The notes under the pieces: model-generated | Database searches by the model: none | Told to the model about the DNA's origin: nothing | What the model saw: the letters and a program-made list of their open reading frames with translations, nothing else | From: an uncultured delta proteobacterium | GTDB lineage: Bacteria; Desulfobacterota; Binatia; Binatales; Binataceae | Length of the DNA: 64,000 bases | Reading direction: 5' to 3' | Assembly (NCBI GenBank): GCA_963711565.1 | Contig: CAVQEQ010000004.1 | Span: forward strand, 1,248,001 to 1,312,000 | Shown: positions 49,782-60,794 of the stretch, one piece after another | Layout: each line of letters opens with the position of its first letter | How positions within the stretch are numbered: position 1 is the first letter of the stretch | Program-made: the position numbers and the translations under genes

Positions 49782-50645
49782 ATGTCACAAAACGTACTCG
49801 GAGTGATCGGCGGCAGCGGCTTCTATCAGTTGAAGGGGCTGGACAAGGTCGAGCTGATGGAGCTCGAAACGCCGTTCGGCCGGCCGTCCGATCCGTTCTA
49901 CCAGGGACGCATCGGCAACGTCGAAGTTGTATTTCTATCGCGCCACGGCCGCGGGCATCGAATATTGCCGTCCGAAATAAACTTTCGCGCCAATGTTTTC
50001 GGGATGAAGCAGCTCGGCGTCACACATCTGGTTTCCGTCTCGACGGCGGGCAGCCTGAAAGAGGAAATCCATCCCGGCGAGTTGGTGGTGCCAAATCAGT
50101 TTATCGATCGTACATTCAAGCGCCCCGAGACATTTTTCGGCGATGGTCTCGTAGTGCATGTTTCGCTGGCGGATCCTGTATGTGCAAATCTCGCGAACGA
50201 CCTGGCCGCTGCGACACGAGCCGGCGGTGCAGTGGTTCATGACGGCGGCACTTACCTTTGCATGGAAGGTCCGCAGTTCTCGACGCACGCGGAGTCGAAT
50301 CTTTATCGCAGCTGGGGCGCGAGCCTCATCAGCATGACGGCGATGCAGGAAGCGCGGCTCGCCCGCGAGGCGGAGATGTGCTACGCGGCGCTGGTGCTGG
50401 TGACCGATTACGATTGCTGGCATGAGTCGGTGGCCGCAGTGGATATCGGCGAGATCCTCCGCGTGATGAAACTCAACGTGGACAAGGCGCAGAGTGCGGT
50501 CTCGGCGCTGGCGCATACGCTTGGCGATCGTCCGCGGACCTGCATGTGCCAGGACGCGCTGAAGAACACGATCATTACCGATCGCGCCGCAATCCCGCAG
50601 CGCTTGATCGACGATTTGCGACCGCTCGTAGGCAAATATCTTTAG
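49782..50645 (+). CDS. mtnP: S-methyl-5'-thioadenosine phosphorylase
   Basis: GVIGGSG, TPFG, RHGRGH, EGPQFST, VTDYDCW motifs. Confidence 0.93.
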   Translation: MSQNVLGVIGGSGFYQLKGLDKVELMELETPFGRPSDPFYQGRIGNVEVVFLSRHGRGHRILPSEINFRANVFGMKQLGVTHLVSVSTAGSLKEEIHPGELVVPNQFIDRTFKRPETFFGDGLVVHVSLADPVCANLANDLAAATRAGGAVVHDGGTYLCMEGPQFSTHAESNLYRSWGASLISMTAMQEARLAREAEMCYAALVLVTDYDCWHESVAAVDIGEILRVMKLNVDKAQSAVSALAHTLGDRPRTCMCQDALKNTIITDRAAIPQRLIDDLRPLVGKYL

Positions 50646-50684
50646 GACCAACCAAAAGCTCTCGGCGCTGAAGGTGCAATATAG

Positions 50685-51608
50685 ATGAGTATCGTTGTGG
50701 TGGGGTTTCTTGCGTATGACACCGTCGAAACGCCCGGTAGCAAAGTCGAGGAAGTCCTGGGTGGCGGCGCCAGTTACTTCGCGATTGCGGCCCGATTCTT
50801 TTCGCCGGTCAGCATCGTCGCGGTGGTCGGTTCGGATTTCAAGGCTGAAGATATGCGGCTGTTCACGGAACGGAATATCGACGTGCGCGGTGTCGCCAAG
50901 CGCGAGGGTAAGACCACGCGATGGCATGGGCGCTATCACGAAGATATGAACGTGCGCGATACCGTCGCGCTCTCGCTCAATGTCCTCGAGAACTTCACGC
51001 CGCAATTGCTGCCTGACCAGTGCCGCGCCGACTACTTATACTTGGCGCCAAACGATCCTGCGCTGCAGGAACACGTGCTGGACCAGGTGCTCAGTCCCAA
51101 AGTGGTAGTGGCCGATCTCTACGACTATTGGATCGAGAACACGCGTCCGGGCCTGGCCAAAGTGCTCGAACGGATTCAGATCCTGCTTTGCAGCGACAGC
51201 GAGGCGCGCACGCTTACCGGCGAGCACAACCTGGTGAAGGCGGGACGCGCGATTCTGAAGATGGGTCCCTCGACCGTTCTGATCAAGCGCGGCGAGTATG
51301 GTGTGCTGCAATTCAGCGACGAAGGAATGTTCGCGGTGCCGGCGTATCCGTTGGAAGAGGTCGTCGATCCTACCGGCGCGGGCGATACGTTTGCGGGCGC
51401 AATGATGGGATTCCTGGCGCGGCACGGGCGCGTAACAGAATCCTCGCTGCGCACCGCGGTCGTCTACGGCAGCGTGCTCGCGTCGTTCGTGGTCGAGCGT
51501 TTCTCGCTCGAGCGGCTGTTGGATTTGACCTGGGAAGAAATAGACAATCGCTATCGGGAGTTTATCAATCTAATAGACTCTCATCATTCGAAATGGACTA
51601 CTCAGTAG
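50685..51608 (+). CDS. PfkB/ribokinase family kinase
   Basis: LGGGASY, KRGEYG, DPTGAGDTFAG motifs. Confidence 0.9.
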   Translation: MSIVVVGFLAYDTVETPGSKVEEVLGGGASYFAIAARFFSPVSIVAVVGSDFKAEDMRLFTERNIDVRGVAKREGKTTRWHGRYHEDMNVRDTVALSLNVLENFTPQLLPDQCRADYLYLAPNDPALQEHVLDQVLSPKVVVADLYDYWIENTRPGLAKVLERIQILLCSDSEARTLTGEHNLVKAGRAILKMGPSTVLIKRGEYGVLQFSDEGMFAVPAYPLEEVVDPTGAGDTFAGAMMGFLARHGRVTESSLRTAVVYGSVLASFVVERFSLERLLDLTWEEIDNRYREFINLIDSHHSKWTTQ

Positions 51609-52531
51609 TCATTCCGCTCTACAACGAGCGGGATAATCTCGCCCCGCTGCACGCCGAGTTAAGCCGCGTGATGCAGGGTCTCGGGCGCGCCTACGAACTG
51701 ATATTCGTGGACGACGGCAGCGTCAACGGGAGCCTCGACGCGCTGCGGCAGATCAAGTCCGCGGACCAGAATGTGCGAGTGATTGCGCTCGCGCGCAATT
51801 CGGGACAGACGGCTGCGCTGGCGTGCGGCTTCTCGCACGCGAACGGCGCCGTGATAATCGCGATGGACGGCGACGGGCAAAACGATCCTGCCGACATCCC
51901 GCGGCTGCTGGCCAAGCTCGACGAGGGCTACGATCTGGCCAGCGGCTGGCGTACGGAGCGATGGCAGGAGGAACGCTTCACGCGCAGATTGCCCTCAATG
52001 GCGGCAAATTCGCTGATCTCCGCGATGACCGGGGTCAAGCTTCACGACTACGGCTGTACCTTCAAGGCGTACCGCCGCGACCTCGCGCGCAGTCTTCAGC
52101 TCTACGGCGAGATGCATCGATTTGTCCCGGCGATTGCGGCGGAGCAGGGCGCGCGAATCGCGGAAGTCGAAATCGGATTTCGACCGCGTCGCGCAGGCAT
52201 CTCGAAATATGGACTGTGGCGGATCGTGCGCACATTGCTCGACCTTATCACCGTTAAATTTCTATCCGGTTACTCCACTGCGCCGATACAAGTGTTCGGT
52301 TTGATCGGAATCATCCTCGGCGGCCTTGGCAGCTTGTGGACCTTCATCCTGGTGGTCGAGAAAGTAGTATTAGGACGCGAACTGGGTAATCGGCCCGCGC
52401 TGTTGTTGGCAGTGTTGTTAGTAGTAGTCGGAGTACAGTTTGTGAGTATAGGCCTGCTGGGCGAGATGCTCGCGCGGACCTATCACGAATCGCAAGGAAA
52501 GCCGATCTACGTAATCCGGGAAGAATTCTAG
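51593..52531 (+). CDS. GT2 polyprenol-phosphate glycosyltransferase (ArnC/GtrB/Dpm1-like)
   Basis: SVVIPLYNE, VDDGS, RNSGQTAA, MDGDGQNDP, two C-terminal TM helices. Confidence 0.9.
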   Translation: MDYSVVIPLYNERDNLAPLHAELSRVMQGLGRAYELIFVDDGSVNGSLDALRQIKSADQNVRVIALARNSGQTAALACGFSHANGAVIIAMDGDGQNDPADIPRLLAKLDEGYDLASGWRTERWQEERFTRRLPSMAANSLISAMTGVKLHDYGCTFKAYRRDLARSLQLYGEMHRFVPAIAAEQGARIAEVEIGFRPRRAGISKYGLWRIVRTLLDLITVKFLSGYSTAPIQVFGLIGIILGGLGSLWTFILVVEKVVLGRELGNRPALLLAVLLVVVGVQFVSIGLLGEMLARTYHESQGKPIYVIREEF

Positions 52532-52540
52532 AGGCCACCG

Positions 52541-53848
52541 ATGAACATCGCAGTTGTGGGGAGCGGATATGTCGGACTGGTGAGTGGCACCTGCTATGCC
52601 GAAAGCGGCAACGAAGTATTCTGTGTCGACATCGACAAGCAGCGCATCGCCCAGTTGACCGAGGGCAAGATTCCAATTTACGAGCCGGGACTCGAAGAAC
52701 TGGTGCGCCGTAATCTGAAGGAAGGCCGCCTTCATTTCACCACCGACATTAACGAAGCGATCAAGCAATCGATGGTCTCCTACATTGCCGTCGGCACTCC
52801 TATGAGCGCATCGGGTGCGGCCGACTTAACCGCAATCTTCAAAGCTGCCGAGGACATCGCCAAAGCGATCACCGGCTATCATATCGTGGCGGTCAAAAGC
52901 ACGGTGCCGGTTGGCACCAACGATCGCGTGCGCGAGATCGTCGGGAAAGTCGCCAAGCATCGCGCCGATGTGTGCTCGGTGCCGGAGTTTCTCAAGGAAG
53001 GCTCAGCGATCGAAGATTTCATGCGGCCTGACCGGGTCGTGATCGGCAGCCTGAGCGAGCAGGCGACGGCTATTCTCAAGGAGATTCACAACCCTTTTGT
53101 GCGTACCGACAATCCGATCCTCGTGATGGATCCACGCTCGGCGGAGCTGACCAAATACGCGTCGAACGCGATGCTTGCGATGCGCATCTCGTTCATCAAC
53201 GAGATGGCGACGCTGTGCGACGCCGTCGGCGCCGACATCAACGCCGTCCGCCGCGGTCTCGGTACCGACAAGCGCATCGGCTCGTCGTTCCTGTTTCCGG
53301 GGGTCGGTTACGGCGGTTCATGCTTCCCGAAGGACGTGCAGGCGATGATTCATACGGCGAGCGAGCACAATCTCGACTTCGCGCTTTTGCGCGCGGCGGA
53401 GGCGGTGAACTCGCGGCAGAAGCGGCTGATTCCCGCGCGTGTGAAGCAGCATTTCGGGCAAAACCTGACCGGCCGCACCTTCGCGATTTGGGGACTTGCC
53501 TTCAAGCCGCGAACCGACGACATGCGTGAAGCGCCGGCGCTGGTCGTGATCGAGGAACTCCTGCAGGCCGGCGCCAAGTGCCAGGTCCATGATCCCGAGG
53601 CGCTCGAGAATGCGCGCAAGATTTTTGGCGATCGCGTGACTTACCACAAAACCAATTACGAGGCCCTCAAGGGCGCCGACGCGCTGCTGATTCTGACCGA
53701 GTGGAACGAATTCCGGCATCCCAACTTCCAGCGCATCAAGGCCGAGCTGAAAGAGCCGGTGATATTCGACGGCAGGAACCTGTATGATCCTGATCTGATG
53801 AAGGCGCTCGAACTCCGGTATTACTCAGTCGGGCGCCACCCGGTTTAG
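52541..53848 (+). CDS. ugd: UDP-glucose 6-dehydrogenase
   Basis: GSGYVG, KSTVP, PEFLKEG, GYGGSCFPKD, FKPRTDDMRE motifs. Confidence 0.95.
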   Translation: MNIAVVGSGYVGLVSGTCYAESGNEVFCVDIDKQRIAQLTEGKIPIYEPGLEELVRRNLKEGRLHFTTDINEAIKQSMVSYIAVGTPMSASGAADLTAIFKAAEDIAKAITGYHIVAVKSTVPVGTNDRVREIVGKVAKHRADVCSVPEFLKEGSAIEDFMRPDRVVIGSLSEQATAILKEIHNPFVRTDNPILVMDPRSAELTKYASNAMLAMRISFINEMATLCDAVGADINAVRRGLGTDKRIGSSFLFPGVGYGGSCFPKDVQAMIHTASEHNLDFALLRAAEAVNSRQKRLIPARVKQHFGQNLTGRTFAIWGLAFKPRTDDMREAPALVVIEELLQAGAKCQVHDPEALENARKIFGDRVTYHKTNYEALKGADALLILTEWNEFRHPNFQRIKAELKEPVIFDGRNLYDPDLMKALELRYYSVGRHPV

Positions 53849-53863
53849 GACAAGGACAATGCG

Positions 53864-54805
53864 ATGAGAATTCTGGTGACCGGCGGCGCCGGCTTTATCG
53901 GCTCGCACACGGTGGATGCGCTGGTCGCGTCCGGCGCCGGCGAAGTTTCGGTGCTGGACAATTTTTCGACCGGCAAGCGGCACCAGGTGAACCCGAAGGC
54001 GACGCTCTACCAGACCGATCTGCGCGACGCCGCCGCGGTTGGGTCGGTCGTCGAGAAGGCGCGGCCCGAGATTATTTTCCATCTCGCGGCGCAGATGGAC
54101 GTGCGGCGTTCGGTCGCGGATCCCGCGTTCGACGCGCAAGTGAACGTGGTCGGCTTTCTCAATTTGATCGAATCGGCGCGCAAACAGGGCCTCAAGCGCG
54201 TCGTCTTTTCTTCGACCGGCGGCGCGATTTACGGCGAGCAGGACGAGTTCCCGTGCACCGAGGAGCATCCGAAACGGCCGGTTAGTCCCTACGGCGTCGC
54301 CAAGCTCGCGACCGAGGCTTACCTGTTTTTTTACAAGATCGAATACGGAATCGACTATCTCGCGCTGAGATTCGGCAACGTGTACGGCCCGCGCCAGGAT
54401 CCTCATGGCGAAGCGGGCGTGATCTCGATTTTCTGTGGGAAAATACTCGACGCCCAACCCGTGACGATTTATGGCGACGGCACGCAGACGCGCGACTACG
54501 TTTACGTCGGCGACGTGGTGCGGGCCGTGGTCGCGGCGTCGAAGTCCAACGCGTCGGGAATCGCGATCAACATCGGCACCGGCATCGAGACCAACGTGAA
54601 CGATCTCTATTCGACGCTCGCGGGCATTGCCGATTTCCCGACCAAGGCCGAGCATGCAGCCGCGCGCCCTGGCGAGCAAAAGCGCTCGGTTATCTCGCCG
54701 GCGCGCGCCGAAAAGGAGCTTGGATGGCGGCCCGAAAAGAAGCTCGCCGACGGGCTCGAAGAGACGTTCAAGTATTTCAAGCAGCAGCGCGACCGTCCAA
54801 GTTGA
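53864..54805 (+). CDS. NAD-dependent epimerase/dehydratase (UDP-glucose 4-epimerase-like)
   Basis: [30 protein letters not shown] motifs. Confidence 0.9.
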   Translation: MRILVTGGAGFIGSHTVDALVASGAGEVSVLDNFSTGKRHQVNPKATLYQTDLRDAAAVGSVVEKARPEIIFHLAAQMDVRRSVADPAFDAQVNVVGFLNLIESARKQGLKRVVFSSTGGAIYGEQDEFPCTEEHPKRPVSPYGVAKLATEAYLFFYKIEYGIDYLALRFGNVYGPRQDPHGEAGVISIFCGKILDAQPVTIYGDGTQTRDYVYVGDVVRAVVAASKSNASGIAINIGTGIETNVNDLYSTLAGIADFPTKAEHAAARPGEQKRSVISPARAEKELGWRPEKKLADGLEETFKYFKQQRDRPS

Positions 54806-54806
54806 A

Positions 54807-56609
54807 ATGACCGACCCCGCTTCGATTCGTAACTTTTCGATCATCGCGCATATCGATCACGGCAAATCCACGCTCGCCGATCGAATCCTCGAGCGCACCG
54901 GTGCGCTCACGATGCGCGAATCGAAGGACCAGTTTCTCGACTCGATGGACCTCGAACGCGAGCGCGGAATTACGATCAAGGCGCGCTCGGTACGCCTCAA
55001 CTACACGGCCAAAGACGGCAAGGGCTACGTCCTCAACCTCATCGATACTCCGGGCCACGTCGATTTCGCCTATGAAGTTTCGCGCAGCCTGGCCGCGTGC
55101 GAGGGCGCGCTGCTGGTGGTCGATGCGAGCCAGGGCGTCGAGGCGCAGACGCTCGCCAACGTCTATCTCGCGCTCGATCACGGCCTCGAAATTATTCCGG
55201 TAATCAACAAGATCGATCTTCCCGGCGCGGATATCGAGCGGACCAGGCAGCAAATCGAGGAAATTATCGGGCTCGACGCCTCCGACGCGATCCTCACCAG
55301 CGCCAAGGAGGGCGTCGGCATCGACGACGTGCTCGAAGCGATCGTCGCGCGCATCCCGGCGCCCAAGCCGACCAACGAATCCGCCGTCCGCGCGCTCATC
55401 TTCGACAGTTGGTATGACGTGTACGAAGGCGTGATCGGCCTGGTCCGCGTATTCGGCGGTGAACTCCGCGTCGGCATGAAAGTTCGGCTGATGGGCACCG
55501 ATAAGCTCGGCGAGGTGATGCGCCTAGGGCATTTCACGCCGCACGAGCGTCGCGCAGACGCGCTCGGCCCCGGCGAGGTCGGCTTCGTCGTGGCGAATAT
55601 CAAGACCGTCGCGGACATGCGCGTGGGCGACACGATTACCGACGCGGACAATCCCGCGGTCGCGCCGCTGCCGGGCTTCAAGGAGTTGAAGCCGATGGTC
55701 TTCGCGGGGCTGTATCCGACCGAGGCGAATCAGTACGGTGCGCTGCGCGACGCAATCGAGAAACTACGTCTGAACGACGCGAGTCTTATCTGCGAGCCCG
55801 AGACTTCGCAGGCATTGGGCTTCGGCTTTCGCGCCGGCTTTCTGGGCTTGCTGCACATGGAAATCGCGCAGGAGCGGCTCGAGCGCGAGTTCGGTATCAG
55901 CCTGATCGTAACCGCGCCGACCGTCGCCTACCAGGTGCGCACCGTGTCGGGCGCGCTGATGACGGTGGACAATCCCGCACATCTGCCCGACGAGAACACC
56001 ATCGAGGCGATCGAAGAGCCGTTTATCCTCACGTCTATCCACATGCCCGAGGAGTACCTCGGCGCCGTGATGAAGCTGTGCGAGGATCGCCGCGGCCTCC
56101 AACGCGACCTGCGCTTCCTCGGCGAGAAGCGCGTTATTCTGCACTACGAACTGCCGCTGGCCGAAATCGTCTTCGATTTCTACGATCGCCTGAAATCCGT
56201 AAGCCGCGGTTACGCGTCGCTGGACTATGAGTTTCTGGACTTCCGGGCCGGGCCTCTGGTTAAATTGGACATACGGATCAACGGCGAGGTGGTGGACGCG
56301 CTTTCGATAATCGTGCATCGCGACAAGGCTTACGAACGGGGCCGGGCGTTGTGCGAAAAGATGCGCGAGCTGATACCGCGCCAGATGTTCGAAGTCGCGA
56401 TTCAAGCCGGCATCGGCGCCAAGATTATCGCGCGCGAATCCGTAAAGGCGCTGCGCAAGAACGTCACCGCCAAATGTTACGGCGGCGACATCACGCGAAA
56501 GCGGAAGCTGCTCGAGAAGCAAAAGGAAGGCAAGAAGCGGATGAAACAGGTCGGGCGCGTCGAGATTCCGCAAGAGGCTTTCCTGGCCCTGCTCAAGGTC
56601 GGGGAGTAG
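54807..56609 (+). CDS. lepA: Elongation factor 4
   Basis: [42 protein letters not shown] motifs. Confidence 0.98.
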   Translation: MTDPASIRNFSIIAHIDHGKSTLADRILERTGALTMRESKDQFLDSMDLERERGITIKARSVRLNYTAKDGKGYVLNLIDTPGHVDFAYEVSRSLAACEGALLVVDASQGVEAQTLANVYLALDHGLEIIPVINKIDLPGADIERTRQQIEEIIGLDASDAILTSAKEGVGIDDVLEAIVARIPAPKPTNESAVRALIFDSWYDVYEGVIGLVRVFGGELRVGMKVRLMGTDKLGEVMRLGHFTPHERRADALGPGEVGFVVANIKTVADMRVGDTITDADNPAVAPLPGFKELKPMVFAGLYPTEANQYGALRDAIEKLRLNDASLICEPETSQALGFGFRAGFLGLLHMEIAQERLEREFGISLIVTAPTVAYQVRTVSGALMTVDNPAHLPDENTIEAIEEPFILTSIHMPEEYLGAVMKLCEDRRGLQRDLRFLGEKRVILHYELPLAEIVFDFYDRLKSVSRGYASLDYEFLDFRAGPLVKLDIRINGEVVDALSIIVHRDKAYERGRALCEKMRELIPRQMFEVAIQAGIGAKIIARESVKALRKNVTAKCYGGDITRKRKLLEKQKEGKKRMKQVGRVEIPQEAFLALLKVGE

Positions 56610-56616
56610 GGCAGTC

Positions 56617-57357
56617 GTGGCCGAACCAGCTCGCAAAGTACAGCCGCTCAACGCCCGCGAAGCAGATCGCACGTCCGCGCAGAAGTCTGTCGCGCGCGAA
56701 TACGGCGAGGCGATGTTCATCGCGCTTCTGCTCGCGATCTTCATCCGCACATTTTTCGTCCAGGCGTACAAAATTCCGTCAGGATCGATGGAACCGACGC
56801 TGCTCATCGGCGATCACATACTCGTCAACAAGATCATTTTCGGACTGCGAATTCCTGACTCGATCTTCGGCCTCGAGATTCCCGGCCTCCCTTTGGGTAA
56901 GTACGTCTTCCATCTTGAACCCGTCCATCGCGGCGACGTCGTTGTGTTCGTCTTTCCACCCGATCGCACCAAGGATTTTATCAAGCGCGTAATTGGCATT
57001 GCCGGCGATACTGTCGCTGTGAAGAACGGAGTCGTGTGGCTCAACGGTTCGCCGATGGACGATCCGCATGCACATCGCGAGGTCGCAGACAACGACCGCT
57101 CGCCCGTCTCGCCGCGTGACAACTTCGGACCTGTGACTGTGCCGCCGGACAAGCTGTTCATGATGGGCGACAATCGCGATCGCAGCTACGATAGCCGTTT
57201 CTGGGGTTTCGTCGATCTCAACAACGTCGAAGGTCGCGCGACGATCATCTATTTGCCGTGGAATGAGGAGAAAGCGGACAGCGCCTCGACCCTGAGCGAC
57301 CTGCTGTTGTGGTTCGAGTACATCAGGTGGGATCGGCTCGGGATGATCGTGCATTAA
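56617..57357 (+). CDS. lepB: Signal peptidase I
   Basis: IPSGSMEPTL, FIKRVIG, MGDNRDRSYDSRFWG motifs. Confidence 0.96.
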   Translation: MAEPARKVQPLNAREADRTSAQKSVAREYGEAMFIALLLAIFIRTFFVQAYKIPSGSMEPTLLIGDHILVNKIIFGLRIPDSIFGLEIPGLPLGKYVFHLEPVHRGDVVVFVFPPDRTKDFIKRVIGIAGDTVAVKNGVVWLNGSPMDDPHAHREVADNDRSPVSPRDNFGPVTVPPDKLFMMGDNRDRSYDSRFWGFVDLNNVEGRATIIYLPWNEEKADSASTLSDLLLWFEYIRWDRLGMIVH

Positions 57358-57375
57358 CCAAAGAGGAACCATCAG

Positions 57376-57975
57376 GTGGCGGACGAAGCGGTGAACAGGA
57401 TTGGCGCGATCCTCGAGGAGCTGGGCGCACGGTTCGATCTCGTGGTCGAGGCCGTTTCGGGTTTCGGCGGACGCATGGATACGCTGCGCGACGAGATCTT
57501 CGGGCAGTTCGCGGAAGTCGGCGGCCAGATTCGATTCCTGTCCGAGCAGATTGCCGAGAATCGCAGGGGTATCGTCGCGACGCGCGACGATCTCGGCGCC
57601 GAGATGATCCGGCTGGGCGAGGCGCTCGGCAAGGCCCGCATTGAGTTCCGCGACGAACTGGTTGCGGCGCAGACGGGGCTTCGAGGCGAATTTGCCGCGC
57701 GCGCCGTCGAGTTCCGCGAAGAGGCCGCGCGCGCGCTCGCATCCACCGGCCAGCAGGCGGTAGCCACGGGCGGCGAGACGACGAAGATTCTCAAGCGCGA
57801 AATCGCGGCATCAGCCGAAACGGCGGCAAAAAAACTCGGTGCGGAGTTGAAGCAGACGAGCAAATCGCTCGCGAACCTCGCTCGCAAGTTCGACCGCTTC
57901 GACGATCGGATTACAGTTCAAACGCGCGACCAGGATCAACGCCTACGAAAGCTCGAGCGCAAGCGCGGCGCGTAA
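57376..57975 (+). CDS. Hypothetical all-helical/coiled-coil protein
   Basis: AGAGGA RBS, GTG start; amphipathic helical periodicity; no recognisable motif. Confidence 0.65.
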   Translation: MADEAVNRIGAILEELGARFDLVVEAVSGFGGRMDTLRDEIFGQFAEVGGQIRFLSEQIAENRRGIVATRDDLGAEMIRLGEALGKARIEFRDELVAAQTGLRGEFAARAVEFREEAARALASTGQQAVATGGETTKILKREIAASAETAAKKLGAELKQTSKSLANLARKFDRFDDRITVQTRDQDQRLRKLERKRGA

Positions 57976-58165
57976 CTCTCGTCGCTCTCCTTATTGGATG
58001 TGCACCAAACGTCGGTGCGCGAACTCGAATTAACCGTTTGGTGTTCCTCCGGTAACGCGTCGCTTGTAGGCTCTCACTGGAGGCAGTGTCAGGTTCGGGG
58101 CTCTAAGCGGAGGACTATGTCCAACAATATTCGACGCCCGCGTCGTTTGAGCGCGAGGAGTTCCG

Positions 58166-59491
58166 GTGGCATCTACCGCGCCCGCTGACGTGCGGTCCGC
58201 TGTCAACGTCGCAGGAGCTTCGCGCGGGCCTGCTGAGCAGGAGGGCGCGCCGAACAGTCGCCAGCTGGCGTTCTCGATCGCCCGTGTGCTCGCCTTCAAC
58301 GGATTCGCGATGTCGATCAACGGCATCGGCGCACCTTGGATCTCGAAGAGTTTTCACCTTGGCGAGTCGGGAATCGCGGGCCTGTTCGCATGGATTTCGC
58401 TGTCGGCGATCGGCGCGCTGGGACTCTCGCGCATGATCGATCGGATCGGGCGCCGCCGGATGCTGCTAGGCTGCACCGCCGGCACCTCGGTCAGCGCGCT
58501 CACTGCCGCATTCGCTACCAACATCGCGGCGTTCGCCGTGTGCGAGATAGCGCTCTACGCCTTCATCGGCGCGACGGTCGCCGGCGGCATTGTAATCCTG
58601 GCCGAGGAACTCCCGATCGAGGAACGCGCGCGAGGGCAAAGCTGGGGCGGGCTGGGAATCGCCCTCGGCGGCGGGCTCTGTCTGATCGTGATGCCAATGG
58701 TGACGAGTCGTTACTCGTGGCGATGGATGCTGGTGGCGGCGTCGGTGATGGGAGTCGGCGCGCTACGGAGGGCGGCCTTAGTCGTGCCGGAGAGCGGACG
58801 CTGGCAACGCGCCGCCGCGAGCGGCACGACCTCGAGCAGCAGCTTCTTCGATGCGTTCGGGCACCTGTACCGGCGTCGCGCGATAACGATTCTGTTCTGC
58901 TCGTTGCTGGGCAACATCGCAGGGGTGGCGGCCAGCAGTTGGGCGTACTTCCACCTGGTTTCGGTCCTGAAACTGGCGCCGGGAACCGCCAGTGCCATGA
59001 TGCTGATCGGCGGCGGCGCCGGGGTGCTCGGGTTTCCGCTAGGCGCACGAGGATGTGAGCGTTACGGCCGCATCCCGACGATCTTCGTCGCCGGCCTACT
59101 GACCAGTCTCGGCGCGGTCGCTTTCTATTGGGGTCCCCCGGCGAATTTGCCTCTTCACTGGCTATGGATCGAGCTTACGTATTGTTGTTTCACCGCCGGC
59201 CTGAGTGCGGGGCAGGTGGGCGGCAATTCGCTGGGGACCGAACTTTTTCCAACCGCAATCCGAGGCGCAATGATGGGCTGGTTCGCGTTGATTGGTGCGG
59301 TCGCGGCCGTCGCCGCTCACACTCTGATCGCGGTCTTCGCCGCGCGTCTCGGCGGGCTGTCGATCGTGGTCGGCTACCTGAGCATGCTCGCGATACCCAA
59401 CGCAATCATCGTCGCACTCATGCTCCCGGAAACGCGCGGCCTCTCGTTGGAAGCCGCCGCGATGGAAGAAGAATTCGAGAAGTCGCAGTAG
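58166..59491 (+). CDS. MFS transporter
   Basis: DRIGRRR motif A, EELP-RARG, ERYGR, ELFPTAIRG, LPETRG; AGGAG RBS before the GTG. Confidence 0.9.
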   Translation: MASTAPADVRSAVNVAGASRGPAEQEGAPNSRQLAFSIARVLAFNGFAMSINGIGAPWISKSFHLGESGIAGLFAWISLSAIGALGLSRMIDRIGRRRMLLGCTAGTSVSALTAAFATNIAAFAVCEIALYAFIGATVAGGIVILAEELPIEERARGQSWGGLGIALGGGLCLIVMPMVTSRYSWRWMLVAASVMGVGALRRAALVVPESGRWQRAAASGTTSSSSFFDAFGHLYRRRAITILFCSLLGNIAGVAASSWAYFHLVSVLKLAPGTASAMMLIGGGAGVLGFPLGARGCERYGRIPTIFVAGLLTSLGAVAFYWGPPANLPLHWLWIELTYCCFTAGLSAGQVGGNSLGTELFPTAIRGAMMGWFALIGAVAAVAAHTLIAVFAARLGGLSIVVGYLSMLAIPNAIIVALMLPETRGLSLEAAAMEEEFEKSQ

Positions 59492-59535
59492 AGCGGTAGC
59501 GCAACGCGCAACTTGCGATCGCGGGCGCGCAGATC

Positions 59536-60771
59536 ATGAAACTTTACGAAACCGAACGACACGAACGCTTAATCGAAACCGAGTGGAACGAAGACCGCGC
59601 GCGCGACGCCATCGATAGAATCGTCACCGACACAAATCGAAGCTTCAGCTCGGAACACCTGTGGCCAATCCATCCAGTCGATCGGTCCGCTGAACGGCCG
59701 ACGGATTCCCTCAAGTACCTGTACCACGGCGCGGCAGGAGTGATCTGGGCGCTCGGCTATCTGAATGAGACCGGCGCCGCGGCCGTCAAGCGCGACTATC
59801 TCCCCACGGTGCGCCAGTTGATTGCGCGAGTTCGCGTGGACTTGGAAAAGTACCCGGTAGTGCGAAAGTACATGGGTGCCGAGGTCGCGTCTTACATGCT
59901 GGGCGAGGCCGGGATTCTTCTCCTGCAGTGGAAGCTGGCGCCGTCAGATGACGTCGCCCAGCAACTCTATAGCCATTGCGAGGCGACGATCGGAGATCAA
60001 CGCGGTTTAGCCTGGGGTAGTGCAGGCACGATGCTCGCCGCGCTTTTCATGTACGAGCGGATCGATGACGCGCGCTGGAGGGAGCTGTTCCTTCGAAGTT
60101 TCCAGCCGCTGTGGGATCAATGGAAATACAGTGACGAAGCGCGCTGCCATCTTTGGACGTCGAGTCTGTACGGCGTTACCGAAATGCGCATGGGAGCAAT
60201 TCATGGGTTCGCGGCCAACGCGTATGTGATGATTCGTGGACGTCATTGGTTCGAGCCGAATCTTGCGGACGAAATGTTGAGGCGAATCCACGAGACGGTT
60301 CACGCAACTGCTTTGATCGAAGGATCGCGCGCAAACTGGCCGAACAACGTCGGACTCACGACGAGGCCGGCACCGCTGGCGATTGTCGTGCAACACTGCA
60401 ATGGCGCTCCCGGGATTGTCAATTGTCTGGCGGAGTTTCCGAATGATGCGCGCTGGCCCATCGACACGTTGCTGCTGCGGGCAGACGATCTGATCTGGGA
60501 GGCTGGGCCGCCAGTCAAATTTCCCAGCCTATGCCACGGCGCTGCTGGCAGCGGCTACGCCTTCCTGAAGCTCTACGTGCGCACAGGCGACGGCCGATGG
60601 CTGGACCGGGCAAGAAGATTTGCCATGCACGCTATCGACCAGTGCGACAGCGCTGTCAAAAAATACGGCCAGCGGAAGTTTTCGCTATGGACCGGAGACC
60701 TGGGCCTCGCGATCTATCTGTGGGACTGCATCGGAGGGACCGCGAAATTCCCGACGCTCGATGTTTTCTGA
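59536..60771 (+). CDS. Stand-alone lanthionine synthetase C-like (LanC-like) protein
   Basis: Repeated GxxG motifs, GAIHG, QHCNGAPG, LCHGAAG, LWTGDLG. Confidence 0.85.
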   Translation: MKLYETERHERLIETEWNEDRARDAIDRIVTDTNRSFSSEHLWPIHPVDRSAERPTDSLKYLYHGAAGVIWALGYLNETGAAAVKRDYLPTVRQLIARVRVDLEKYPVVRKYMGAEVASYMLGEAGILLLQWKLAPSDDVAQQLYSHCEATIGDQRGLAWGSAGTMLAALFMYERIDDARWRELFLRSFQPLWDQWKYSDEARCHLWTSSLYGVTEMRMGAIHGFAANAYVMIRGRHWFEPNLADEMLRRIHETVHATALIEGSRANWPNNVGLTTRPAPLAIVVQHCNGAPGIVNCLAEFPNDARWPIDTLLLRADDLIWEAGPPVKFPSLCHGAAGSGYAFLKLYVRTGDGRWLDRARRFAMHAIDQCDSAVKKYGQRKFSLWTGDLGLAIYLWDCIGGTAKFPTLDVF

Positions 60772-60794
60772 TCGCAGCTGTGATGTGATCGGGG

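Noticed and set aside
58117-58188. Short Ser- and GG-containing peptide as a lanthipeptide precursor for the LanC-like gene
   Set aside because: No cysteine, no dehydratase nearby, and only 5 residues after the GG
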